Of a stretch of DNA of 35,926 bases, positions 10,229 to 19,891 are shown one piece after another. The position numbers were made by a program, and so were the translations under genes. How positions within the stretch are numbered: the stretch's first letter is position 1; each line of letters starts with the position of its first letter. Below the pieces are notes generated by a model. That model ran no database searches and was not told the origin of the DNA. It was given only the letters and a program-made list of their open reading frames with translations. The stretch comes from an uncultured virus (IMG/VR IMGVR_UViG_2061766007_004010) (Duplodnaviria > Heunggongvirae > Uroviricota > Caudoviricetes), in IMG/VR virus record IMGVR_UViG_2061766007_004010; one strand, written 5' to 3'.

Positions 10229-10589
10229 TTCAGATTGAAGAGTGCATTGTCCGGCTGGTTGAACTCAGCAGTCTTTTGTTGTAGGCTTTGAGTTTAACAT
10301 ATACAGTTTCCCAGATATGGCACCACTCTTCTGGGGTATGAGCGACCTGTGCCAGAGGGATTGCTTCGTCTAATACGAGGGCAACACCCCGTACGGAATA
10401 CCTGCTGAACTTGTAAACAGGCATCTCGTGATTGCACAGTACATCGAAAAACATGGCAGTCATCCTGGCCCGTTCCATGCGTTCCTTGTAGAGCACTTGC
10501 TTCTGGGTGTATATCGGCTTTTCCATATCGGTTGCCAACTGCCTTTACTTGGCGTTCAGATTGAAGAGTGCATTGTCCGGCTGGTTGAA
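10229..10589. repeat. 35-bp exact direct repeat (10229-10263 and 10555-10589)
   Basis: TTCAGATTGAAGAGTGCATTGTCCGGCTGGTTGAA occurs twice with no N gap between the copies. Confidence 0.9.
10230..10538 (-). CDS. Hypothetical protein between the direct repeats
   Basis: ORF of about 100 aa. The start may be MEKPIYTQ. Confidence 0.6.
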   Translation of the reverse strand: MATDMEKPIYTQKQVLYKERMERARMTAMFFDVLCNHEMPVYKFSRYSVRGVALVLDEAIPLAQVAHTPEEWCHIWETVYVKLKAYNKRLLSSTSRTMHSSI

Positions 10590-11474
10590 TTCGGCGTTGA
10601 ACAGCAACTTGGAGAACCTGGCAAGTTCCTTCCTGATATAGTCGCGCATGGCTACCATGTTCTTCTTCAGCCTGGTATCGACCCATGAAAATGGTCGCGC
10701 ATGACCGTCCCATGTACCGCACTCCAGGTCAACCTTATATGAACATCCGAAAATCCCGTTCGCTTTGATGTACGGTTCAAACCGGACCATCACGGACATC
10801 ACGGCGTCGCCGACGACATGCAGTTGCAGTCCAGACCAGTGNNNNNNNNNNTCAACCTTATATGAACACCCGAAAATCCCGTTAGCTTTGATGTACGGTT
10901 CAAACCGGGCCATTACGGACATCACGGCGTCGCCGACGACATGCAGTTGCAGTCCAGACCAGTGTTCGTCGGCAACGAGCGGCGTTATCCTGTGGTCAGA
11001 TGCGGCGTCAACCGTTTTGCTGGATACCTTGATGTAATCGTTGCGCAGGCATTCCGTCGCCGCCTTCATTACGAGCTGCAGAATCCACATGGTTCTTCCG
11101 GGGATGTCCATCTGATACACCCGCTTCCCGTCGTCGATTGTATGGACGAAATCGGGCAGCATGTCCGCCATGTACAGGGTAAAGTGCAAGTTGTGGAAAG
11201 CGTCGAGCATGTTCACGTCCCAGGGAAGCGAATGCATCTTTTCTACCTGCCGGTTACGGTAGTCCGCGTTGTACTTCAACGCCTCGTTGGACATCATGTG
11301 CGGGAGCATGCTGTCGTTCCCGGCATACAGAAGTCCGAGTTTCTGGATTTTCGAACCGTCCACGCAGTCACCAGGGCCAAATATGCATTCGATATCCTGT
11401 CTGCTGAGAGACCATTCGCCATGGAGGTCGCCCCTGGTCCAGTTTGTAATGATTTCTTCGCTATGGTAAGTCAT
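10545..11474 (-). CDS. Hypothetical protein
   Basis: Long ORF containing one duplicated re-read. Confidence 0.8.
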   Translation of the reverse strand: MTYHSEEIITNWTRGDLHGEWSLSRQDIECIFGPGDCVDGSKIQKLGLLYAGNDSMLPHMMSNEALKYNADYRNRQVEKMHSLPWDVNMLDAFHNLHFTLYMADMLPDFVHTIDDGKRVYQMDIPGRTMWILQLVMKAATECLRNDYIKVSSKTVDAASDHRITPLVADEHWSGLQLHVVGDAVMSVMARFEPYIKANGIFGCSYKVXXXXHWSGLQLHVVGDAVMSVMVRFEPYIKANGIFGCSYKVDLECGTWDGHARPFSWVDTRLKKNMVAMRDYIRKELARFSKLLFNAEFNQPDNALFNLNAK

Positions 11475-11692
11475 TTACTTTCCTTCCAGAAATCCTTGTT
11501 TAGCCACTTGTTGAACTTGGGGAACACCCGCATCGCGATAATCAGCAGGCCGAACAGCATGATGAATGCCGTGTCGGAGAAGATTACGAATTCGTTTCCC
11601 CATACAAGCAGAGTGATTATGTTAGACCATCCCCAAAGTATGACGATGCTCCAGAACACGACGTCCTTGTTAATCTGCAGAATCTTTCTCAT
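11471..11692 (-). CDS. Small two-TM membrane protein
   Basis: MRKILQINKD followed by two hydrophobic stretches. ATGA overlaps on both sides. Confidence 0.7.
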   Translation of the reverse strand: MRKILQINKDVVFWSIVILWGWSNIITLLVWGNEFVIFSDTAFIMLFGLLIIAMRVFPKFNKWLNKDFWKESK

Positions 11693-12162
11693 TTCGTCTT
11701 TCCCTCGAACTTTTCCTTTAGCTTGAGATAGAGCTGGTAATCGGCTTTTTCGCATTTCTTGGCTTCCCTGCGGTCACGCCGTTCCTTGGCCTTCCTTTCC
11801 TTCTCCTCGGCAATACGCTGCGCTTCCTTCATTTCATCGATTTTCTTCAGGAGGGCCTTGTCACCGAGCACGAGAAGCTTGCACGGCACGTCCCAGGTAT
11901 CGGTGCCGCCATTGCCATCGGGGGTAACCGCAGCAATGGCCTCATGAGTAGGGTCATTGTATATTTCGTCCAGAAACTTGATGTCGTCCGGCTCGTTACC
12001 GGCGGGACATATATAGCAATCCCAGTTGCTTCCGATGAGATGCCCGGGAAGTACTTTTTCAAACCCGTGACAGGCAAGTACCTGGGACAGATGGATTACA
12101 CCTTCCTTGATTTTCTTGCCGAGTTTGAAGTAAGTATCGATATCTTTCTTTGTAATACCCAT
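11689..12162 (-). CDS. Hypothetical protein with charged coiled-coil C-terminus
   Basis: Intact ORF with AAGGA RBS. Confidence 0.8.
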   Translation of the reverse strand: MGITKKDIDTYFKLGKKIKEGVIHLSQVLACHGFEKVLPGHLIGSNWDCYICPAGNEPDDIKFLDEIYNDPTHEAIAAVTPDGNGGTDTWDVPCKLLVLGDKALLKKIDEMKEAQRIAEEKERKAKERRDRREAKKCEKADYQLYLKLKEKFEGKTK

Positions 12163-12249
12163 GATTGTTCCTTATACTGTTATCGGTTTGCCGAAGAAAA
12201 GAACGGAAGCCCTCACGTNNNNNNNNNNTGTAATACCCATGATTGTTCC

Positions 12250-12722
12250 CTATACTGTTATCGGTTTGCCGAAGAAAAGAACGGAAGCCCTCACGTTGAC
12301 GGTTCCCGTGCTTTTGGCCCACTGCAGCAGATGCTGGAATTCCTTCTCCGTCGTAGAATGACCCTTCGCAGATGACATGCCCGGCGCTATCGGGAAGTAC
12401 GTGAAGTTGCCGGTTTCCGAACAGTACTCGAATTGCAGTCGCTTTACCTGNNNNNNNNNNCGGTGCTATCGGGAAATAGGTGAAGTTGCCGGTTTCCGAA
12501 CAGTACTCGAANNNNNNNNNNAGGTGCTATCGGGAAATAGGTGAAGTTGCCGGTTTCCGAACAGTACTCGAATTGCAGTCGCTTTACCTGGTCGCCCGCT
12601 TCCGCTACCATGCGCTCGACCGAGACCGTGAGGGCAACGGCGAAGCCTTCCTGGATTTCCGGTACCTTCAGGTCAGGAAATTCCTGCTTCAATACCTCGA
12701 CTATCTTGTGATGCAGTTCCAT
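12250..12722 (-). CDS. Hypothetical protein (MELHHKIVEV...GKPITV), across gaps
   Basis: Stitched from overlapping re-reads. AGGAG RBS. Confidence 0.65.
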
Positions 12723-13011
12723 GTTATCTCCTGGGTTATAGGGTTAGAGTACCACCGTTCACTATGTTTAATCCTGAAAAATCCAACATTGTTGTGCTAT
12801 GCCTGTTCATGTAAATTCTACACTTCTGGTTGTATGCCGGCACGTTAACGTCGCCTATCTTGTGATACAGCATCCGTTCCTTTATAAGGTCGACGTCATC
12901 GTTGATGTTACGTCCGAGCGATACACCTATATTNNNNNNNNNNTCAGGTCAGGAAATTCCTGTTTCAATACCTCGACTATCTTGTGATGCAGTTCCATAA
13001 TATCTCCTGGT

Positions 13012-13666
13012 CTAGAGGGTTAAAGTGCCGCCGTTCACTATGTTTAATCCTGAAAAATCCAACATTGTTGTGCTATGCCTGTTCATGTAAATTCTACACT
13101 TCTGGTTGTATGCCGGCACGTTAACGTCTTCTACCTTGTGATACAGCATTCTTTCCTTGATAAGGTCGACGTCATCGTTGATGTTACGCCCGAGCGATAC
13201 ACCTATCTTGTTCCTGTTGAGCCACTTGTACAGTGATACCAGCAGCATGCGTTCGTCCTTGCAGATACAGGCGTGCTGGCCGGTTTTCTTCACGTCACTG
13301 TAATGCTTGACGGTTGTTCCTACATAATGCAGCGCCGGGGTCTTGAAGAGTACGGAGCATTTGTCCTGGTATGCAACATACGCGCCTATGATAGACTTCC
13401 CGTCATCGCCCCGCGCGATTTCCAGGTAGGCGCCGCGTGTTTCTACGTAACCGTCATCGACCTTGTAGCCTACCCGGATTTCGGACAGCTGCGTGCTGTA
13501 NNNNNNNNNNAAATGCAACATACGCGCCTATGATGGACTTCCCGTCATCACCCCGTGCGATTTCCAGGTAAGCGCCGCGGGTTTCTACGTAGCCGTCATC
13601 GACCTTGTAGCCTACCCGGATTTCGGACAGCTGCGTGCTGTATGCTACCTTGATATCGGGCATCAT
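13012..13666 (-). CDS. Hypothetical protein resembling a degenerate PolB 3'-5' exonuclease domain
   Basis: DERMLLVSLYKWL...SLGRNINDDVDLIKER...TMLD resembles the ExoII region pattern E..LL..F.....GyN...FD...l..R...lD. The CDS is well supported and the fold call is weak. Confidence 0.5.
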
Positions 13667-13752
13667 CTTCTCCTAGGGCTATGGCGTACCAGCATGCACA
13701 GCAGTTTCTGCAGTACGAAGCACGCTATGAATGTCTTGAGTTGCCACTTCAT
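13663..13752 (-). CDS. Putative 29-aa leaderless peptide (MKWQLKTFIACFVLQKLLCMLVRHSPRRR)
   Basis: The ATG lies 7 nt after the promoter motif and the stop overlaps the next ATG (ATGA). Confidence 0.5.
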   Translation of the reverse strand: MKWQLKTFIACFVLQKLLCMLVRHSPRRR

Positions 13753-13759
13753 TTTCAGT

Positions 13760-13770
13760 AAATATAGCAA
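13760..13770 (-). promoter_or_regulatory. TTGCTATATTT promoter-like motif
   Basis: Exact intergenic copy. Confidence 0.7.
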
Positions 13771-13772
13771 AG

Positions 13773-14433
13773 TTATTTGGCACTGGCGTACTGTTCCTGG
13801 ATTTTGGTATAGGAAACCGAGCTCTCCGTCAGCAATCTGGCCAGGTCATCCGAGGTATATTGACGGGCGAGGTCAGCCCTAATCTTGCCCACTACCACCA
13901 TCGCGTCCGTCCCCAGCTGCACTTCGCCCAACGGTACCGCCTCGGTTACCAGCTTGACCTTACCGCGTCGCAGCATGGACTGCAGGCTGTTTCGGAACTC
14001 CCTNNNNNNNNNNTTTGACCTTACCGCGTCGCAGCATGGACTGCAGGCTGTTTCGGAACTCCCTNNNNNNNNNNCTTGACTTTACCGCGTCGCAGCATGG
14101 ACTGCAGTCTGTTTCGGAACTCCTTGAACCAGACCAGCATTTCCGGGCAAATCGTCGTGCTCTTGAACACGAGCAGCCCCTGGCCGTCCTCCGGATAATA
14201 TGCGATTATGTACATCTTTGCATGGGCATAGTCGTAATCGAGTTTCGGGAACAGCTTATGGTACACGCGCCCGGTAAACTGNNNNNNNNNNGTATGTACA
14301 TCTTTGCATGGTCATAATCGTAATCGAGTTTTGGGAACAGCTTATGGTACACGCGCCCGGTAAACTGCAATGCGAGCAGGACATAGCAGGCCCTGTATAT
14401 GGATATGAGAACTCTGTTGAAAGCTGTATTCAT
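13773..14433 (-). CDS. Hypothetical protein, across gaps
   Basis: Pieces 14206-14433, 14021-14266 and 13773-13976 overlap in sequence. Confidence 0.65.
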
Positions 14434-14435
14434 AG

Positions 14436-14458
14436 AAAAAGGGGGGATTCATCCCCCC
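14436..14458 (-). terminator. Intrinsic terminator-like hairpin
   Basis: GGGGGGA-TGAA-TCCCCCC-TTTTT on the minus strand. Confidence 0.7.
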
Positions 14459-14460
14459 TC

Positions 14461-14471
14461 AAATATAGCAA
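14461..14471 (-). promoter_or_regulatory. TTGCTATATTT promoter-like motif
   Basis: Exact copy immediately upstream of the hairpin. Confidence 0.7.
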
Positions 14472-14483
14472 TTCCGGCAACCA

Positions 14484-14957
14484 CTAGAGTTTCAGCTTGC
14501 CGTCAAGGACTTCCTGCAGGGCCTTCTGGCATGCCTTCGTGTACATGCGCTGTTCATTCCCGTTGGGATTGTCCTTAGTCATCTGGAGAAGGATGTCATA
14601 CACCCTCTTGTTGTAGGCATCGCTCAGGTAAACGTTTTGCAGGTCAGCCTTGGTCACCGTCTGGGTGACACCGCCCTTATTGGTGGTCTTCTTGTTGATG
14701 ACCGCAGTAGGAACGGCCTTCCCCTTGTTGACAGCGGGAGCCTTTGACTTCTCTGCAGCCGAGGCACCCGTGGACAGTAGGCCCATGACCATAGCCGCAG
14801 TAACGAGGGACTTTGCCAGCTTACTACCGAAATTGGAGAAGATGCTCTCCATCATTGGATTGCCGGAGATGGCCGCATATCCCTCTATGAGAGCCCCGGC
14901 GCATTCCGGGCGCATCCCCTCGACCGATTCCAGTATCGCGTACAGTTCCTTCATCAT
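14484..14957 (-). CDS. Hypothetical protein with shared N-terminal leader and an internal signal-peptide-like segment
   Basis: ...GALIEGYAAISGNPMMES is followed by KLAKSLVTAAMVMGLLSTGASA/AEK. Confidence 0.8.
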   Translation of the reverse strand: MMKELYAILESVEGMRPECAGALIEGYAAISGNPMMESIFSNFGSKLAKSLVTAAMVMGLLSTGASAAEKSKAPAVNKGKAVPTAVINKKTTNKGGVTQTVTKADLQNVYLSDAYNKRVYDILLQMTKDNPNGNEQRMYTKACQKALQEVLDGKLKL

Positions 14958-16135
14958 TAGTGTCTTTCCTTCTTTTCCTTGTTATACCGTTTCCAGGAAT
15001 CCCACCCGGTAGTGTCCACGCCGGCGTTCACGNNNNNNNNNNGTCTTGTTGATGACCGCAGTAGGAGCGGCTTTTCCCTTGTTGACAGCGGGAGCCTTTG
15101 ACTTCTCTGCAGCCGAGGCACCTGTGGACAATAGGCCCATGACCATAGCCGCAGTCACGAGGGACTTTGCCAGCTTACTGCCGAAATTGGAGAAGATGCT
15201 CTCCATNNNNNNNNNNCTTCCAGGAATCCCACCCGGTAGTGTCCACGCCGGCGTTCACGCCGGACAGNNNNNNNNNNNNNNNNNNNNNNNNNNNNNNNNN
15301 NNNNNNNNNNNNNNNNNNNNNNNNNNNNNNNNNNNNNNNNNNNNNNNNNNNNNNNNNNNNNNNNNNNNNNNNNNNNNNNNNNNNNNNNNNNNNNNNNNAT
15401 CGCAGGCCATGCAGTACGCGCACCGGAGTTCCCTCACCTTGTTCACGAAGTTCCGCCGGTCGCTGTTGACCGATGTTGAGAACCCGATTTTCCTGAGCAT
15501 GGCGTCGCGCGGCTCGTANNNNNNNNNNCTTCGCCGGTTCGGCGTCCTTTTCCGGGTACGGCGACTGCACGTCGGACACTTCCTTCTTGGTCTCGCCGGG
15601 TGTCCACCCGACCCTCCCGTCGCAGAAGGCGTCCATGAACTTCTGCAGCCGTCCCGGCCACTTCATCTTCGACGTGTCGTGCCCGGCAAGTTCGTACTCG
15701 GCGTCGCATGCCATGCAGTAAGCGCACCGGATTTCCCTCACCTTGTTCACGAAGTTACGCCGGTCGCTGTTGACCGACGTGGAGAACCCGATTTTCCTGA
15801 GCATGGCGTCGCGCGGCTCGTAGCCTTGCGGGTACTTGTTGGCGACGTAGTCGCGGATTGCGTTGCTGGTGGCAAGTTCCAGCTTCACCTCGTGCTTCCC
15901 CGGCGGGCACTGGGTCCAGTCCCCCGANNNNNNNNNNTCCGCTCGTGGCCAGCTCCAGCTTCACCTCGTGCTTCCCCGGCGGGCACTGGGTCCAGTCCCC
16001 CGACTTGAGGCAGAAGTTGTACAGCGGGGTAAGCGCCTGGTTGACCTTGGACTCGAGAATGGCCTCGTAGCCCTCCACGAGCACCCTGGCCAGCGGTTCC
16101 CCCATTCCCTTTACACATTCCGATATCGCGTTCAT
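14957..16135 (-). CDS. Hypothetical protein with shared N-terminal leader (MNAISECVKGM...), across gaps
   Basis: Stitched. It ends WDSWKRYNKEKKERH with a TAATG overlap to the next gene. Confidence 0.65.
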
Positions 16136-16149
16136 ATCAGGGAGTTTAT
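16133..16149 (-). promoter_or_regulatory. ATAAACTCCCTGATATG element (putative late-type promoter plus start codon)
   Basis: 16 of 17 nt identical to 21147-21163. Confidence 0.6.
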
Positions 16150-16166
16150 ATCGTCTTGCCGTATTT

Positions 16167-16177
16167 TTGCTATATTT
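16167..16177 (+). promoter_or_regulatory. TTGCTATATTT promoter-like motif
   Basis: Exact copy, also conserved in the otherwise diverged allele at 16383-16393. Confidence 0.75.
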
Positions 16178-16207
16178 GGTGTATACGATTCCAAACACGA
16201 GGAAAGC

Positions 16208-16887
16208 ATGTTCAACAACATCAGGACAGTCATCAAGAAAGTGAAGCAGGCCGGAAACGTGATTATAAACGGGAACGGCGTGCACATCAGCGCCGGCGAC
16301 AGCATCACAATCTGCGGGGACAAGGTTACCGTGGGAGACACCACNNNNNNNNNNCAGGAGTTTATACCGTCTTCCCGTATTTTTGCTATATTTGGTACAT
16401 ACGATTTCAAACCCGAGGAAAGCATGTTCAACAACATCAGGACAGTCATCAAGAAGGTGAAGCAGGCCGGAAACGTGATTATAAACGGGAACGGCGTGCA
16501 CATCAGNNNNNNNNNNCGTGAACTGCAACGGTCCACATATCAGCATATCCATCGAAGGCGACGTCGGCAGCATCGACGGCGTCGGCGACGTGACCGTGAC
16601 CGGGAACGTGGGCGGAAGCGTCGACACCAGCGCNNNNNNNNNNAGTGAACTGCAACGGTCCCCATATCAGCATATCAATCGAAGGAGACGTCGGAAGCAT
16701 CGACGGCGTAGGCGACGTGACCGTGACCGGGAACGTGGGCGGAAACGTCGACACCAGCGCCGGCAACGTGGATGTCGGCGGCGACGTGGGAGGCGACATC
16801 GACTGCGCCTGCGGCACCATCACCGTCAAGGGCAGTGTCAGCGGGGACATCGACTGTTCCTGCGGAAACGTGAAGGTAGGAAAATGA
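16208..16887 (+). CDS. Gly/Val/Asp-rich beta-solenoid protein
   Basis: Repeats such as GDVTVTGNVGGNVDTSAGNVDVGGDVGGDIDC. Stitched across gaps. Confidence 0.7.
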
Positions 16888-17946
16888 CTAACGTAGAATA
16901 CGATGACATGGTGGCGGCGGAAAACCATCTGAAACAGCCTATAAAGGCACCGGACAGCACCGTGTCTCCCCAGGAAGAACCCCGGGAAACCCTCGGCGAA
17001 TACTGCAAGAGACTGGAACTCCCGTATACCACCGGGACGGCCGCGCCTGACCTGGATGTTCCCAGGGTGGTGATACCGGAAGGCAAGTACTGTATCATCC
17101 GCGTGGACGGCCGTGCATTCCACACGTTCACCAAGCCGTACAAGTGCAAGTCACAGGCATTCTCAGCCGACATCATCAATGCAATGAAGGCGGCAATGGA
17201 GGCACTCCTGAACGANNNNNNNNNNTGTGATACCGGAAGGCAAGTACTGTATCATCCGCGTGGACGGACGTGCATTCCACACGTTCACCAAGCCGTACAA
17301 GTGCAAGTCGCAGGCATTCTCCGCCGACATCATCAATGCAATGAAGGCGGCAATGGAGGCACTCCTGAACGAGTTCTCGCCAATCGTGGTCTACTCGCAG
17401 TCGGACGAGATTACTGTCGTCATTGACCCGGCAAAGATACCGTTCAGCGGCAAGTGCCACAAGCTCAACTCCATCGCGGCATCTGTGGCTACGGCAGCGT
17501 TCAACCTGTACTTGTGCAGGAATAACCTGGCGCGTACCTCCAAGCCCGCCATCTTCGACGCCAGGGCTTACGGGGTGACCCGCGAGGACGTACTCAAGGT
17601 ACTTGTCTGGCGTCAGCGCGATGCCATCAAGAATTCCATCTCCGCCGTCGCCCGTACGGCCTACTCGCACAAGATGCTTGAAGGCAAGAAGAGCGGGGAC
17701 AAGATTGCCATGCTCGAAGAGAAGGGCATCGTCTGGGAATCCTTGCCGCACCGCTGCATCTACGGAATGACGGCATTCCGCGTACCGCAGATGGTGTCCC
17801 TCGACCCGTCCTGGCTCAGGGAACAGGGTACGCCCGAGGTTGTCATCGACCAGATTGTGNNNNNNNNNNAGACCCGGCCTGGCTCAGGGAACAGGGTACG
17901 CCCGAGGTTGTCATCGACCAGATTGTGGGCGAAGGATGCACTGTAA
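16884..17946 (+). CDS. tRNA(His) guanylyltransferase Thg1-like protein (3'-5' polymerase)
   Basis: Motifs IIRVDGRAFHTFT, YSQSDEI, FSGKCHKL.S, FDAR, WRQRDAIKNSI and YG are all present. One duplicated re-read at each end. Confidence 0.92.
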
Positions 17947-18095
17947 TGCGCAACGTGACCGAATACCCGGACCTCCCGAGGTTCGACCACATCGCCAACT
18001 TCGAACAGGTAATCTTCGACCATGCAGAACCTCTCTACAACCTGAAAGGTGCGCAGGAAGCACTTAAAAAGGAGTCCAACAATGAAGACATTTAA
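17946..18095 (+). CDS. Small hypothetical protein (49 aa)
   Basis: TAATG overlap with the Thg1-like gene. Hand translation gives MRNVTEYPDLPRF... Confidence 0.55.
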   Translation: MRNVTEYPDLPRFDHIANFEQVIFDHAEPLYNLKGAQEALKKESNNEDI

Positions 18096-18194
18096 GTTCA
18101 TGAAGGCGCTATATATCGCCACATACCTCGGAATCATCGCGCTTGCAATNNNNNNNNNNGGGTGCACAGGAAACACTTAAAAAGGAGTCCAACA

Positions 18195-18638
18195 ATGAAG
18201 ACATTTAAGTTCATTAAGGCGCTATATGTCGCCACATACCTCGGAATCATCGCGCTTGCAATTTTCAAGATTGTAAGCAAGGTCAAGGGTTGCCCCTGCG
18301 ACAAGTGCAAGAAGCGTCCGCTGTTCGAGTCTGCCGAGAAGAGCAAGGAAGCTGACCGCATGCTGGATATCCGTGGCGGTTCCGGTATGCAATACGACCA
18401 CTCCGTCATCCTGACCCCGGAAAATTCGGGCTTTCACTGCAAAGAAATGAACCGCTTCGTTGGCGAGCCCAACATCGGCAAGACGATGCTGGAAATGGCC
18501 GAGACCGCCGGGAAAATCCCGGAGGAATGCTCGAAGGAAGTAACCCTCGAACGCCACCACGAGCTCGACAGCGTCCTGAAGGGCTTCGCCCGCATGGAGG
18601 AATCCAAGCGCGAAGCGGAGGGATTCCTCGATGGCTAA
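18195..18638 (+). CDS. Membrane-anchored hypothetical protein
   Basis: AAGGAG RBS, an N-terminal hydrophobic helix and CPCDKC. Confidence 0.75.
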   Translation: MKTFKFIKALYVATYLGIIALAIFKIVSKVKGCPCDKCKKRPLFESAEKSKEADRMLDIRGGSGMQYDHSVILTPENSGFHCKEMNRFVGEPNIGKTMLEMAETAGKIPEECSKEVTLERHHELDSVLKGFARMEESKREAEGFLDG

Positions 18639-19392
18639 GGCTGTATCCTGCGGATTTATCGTTTTCGCCAGGGAAACCGGAACGGTTCTTGCTTGTCATC
18701 CTACCGGCAGGCCGAACGGCCCGGAAATGTCCTACGACATTCCCAAGGGACACCTTGAGGAAGGCGAGAACCAGCTCGAAGCTGCAAAGCGGGAACTGAA
18801 GGAAGAGACCGGCCTGGTTCTTCCGGAAGGTACCCCCGTGCACGAAATTGGACTTGTTCCTTACCAGAAGCAGAAGTCGCTTTACCTGTTCTCCACGGTT
18901 CTTCCCAAGGCGATGCTCGATGCGGAGAAGCTGCACTGCGACAGTACGTTCGTCGACTCCTTCGGCAACATCAAGAATGAAATCGACTCGTACATGCTGA
19001 CATCGAACTCCGATTACTTCTTCAAGAACCTGCAGCCCTACGTCAAGCAGGAAATCGCGAGGGCGACCCTGTCGGAACCTCTGTGCATAGTACGCGGCAC
19101 GGTGGACGAAACCGGCAAGGAAATCAGGATGAAGCTGCGCGAGAACGGCCTGATGTCCCGGACATACCGTGACCTCCTGGTGACCCTCAAGGACGGCAAC
19201 GTATACCCGAACGGATACTCCGCCGATGTCGAACTGGACGACGGTACCATCGTCAGCGTGGACATGGACGACCTCCAGGCCGACCTTGTCGGAAACTGCG
19301 TTGCCGTGGACGTGGACGGCTCCGTATCGAACCTCCCGGAATTCCCCATAGACCAGTGGTTCGAGCAGGCGATGAACACGCCCGACTATTGA
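18631..19392 (+). CDS. Nudix hydrolase with C-terminal extension
   Basis: Complete Nudix box GHLEEGENQLEAAKRELKEETGL, preceded by YDIPK. Confidence 0.92.
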   Translation: MAKAVSCGFIVFARETGTVLACHPTGRPNGPEMSYDIPKGHLEEGENQLEAAKRELKEETGLVLPEGTPVHEIGLVPYQKQKSLYLFSTVLPKAMLDAEKLHCDSTFVDSFGNIKNEIDSYMLTSNSDYFFKNLQPYVKQEIARATLSEPLCIVRGTVDETGKEIRMKLRENGLMSRTYRDLLVTLKDGNVYPNGYSADVELDDGTIVSVDMDDLQADLVGNCVAVDVDGSVSNLPEFPIDQWFEQAMNTPDY

Positions 19393-19415
19393 TTTTCCAA
19401 TAACAAACCAAACAG

Positions 19416-19454
19416 TAAAGGCGGCCGAGTGGCCGCCTTTATTTTTTTTTTTTT
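19416..19454 (+). terminator. Intrinsic terminator
   Basis: TAAAGGCGGCC-GAGT-GGCCGCCTTTA followed by poly-T. Confidence 0.85.
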
Positions 19455-19509
19455 NNNNNNNNNNNNNNNNNNNNNNNNNNNNNNNNNNNNNNNNNNNNNN
19501 NNNNNNNNN

Positions 19510-19815
19510 GCCGGGTATGTCCGGGAGGGCCACCTCGTCGGGGTCCTCGTGCTGGACTACCTCGATATGCCCGCGGAGTTCCGGGATGTCCTTGTAGATG
19601 GTCATCGCCATGCTCCTGGCGCTTTCCTTGCTCATGTTCCCGTATATGAAGTAGCGGTGGAAGAGTCGAACCCCGTACCAGTCGTTGTCGTCCTCGTTGA
19701 CGATGGGTACGCACTCGTCGAACATCATGCCCACCTTGTCGATAATCCTCCTCATGAAACCTACGAATATGCTGAGGTAAAGTGCGGTGTAAATCTGCGG
19801 CAGCAAGCGACTCAT
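19510..19815 (-). CDS. Hypothetical protein, 3' end in gap
   Basis: AAGGAG RBS and start MSRLLPQIYTALYL... Confidence 0.7.
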
Positions 19816-19832
19816 TTTAAGCTCCTTGTAGA

Positions 19833-19857
19833 ACGGGAAGGGTCTATCCCTTCCCGT
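19833..19857 (-). terminator. Hairpin between genes
   Basis: ACGGGAAGGG-5 nt-CCCTTCCCGT forms a perfect 10-bp stem. The U tract is weak. Confidence 0.5.
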
Positions 19858-19891
19858 GCACTAAACTATTACATTTGCCGGATTCCTGGCG

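Noticed and set aside
10219..10596. CRISPR array or DGR from the 35-bp repeat
   Set aside because: There are only two copies about 290 bp apart, the repeat is protein-coding, and mismatches include C/T and C/A changes.
18406..19509. Long antisense ORFs (this one, and others such as 20550-21389, 23784-25553 and 30102-30845)
   Set aside because: These are shadow frames opposite well-supported genes, expected with GC-rich third positions.
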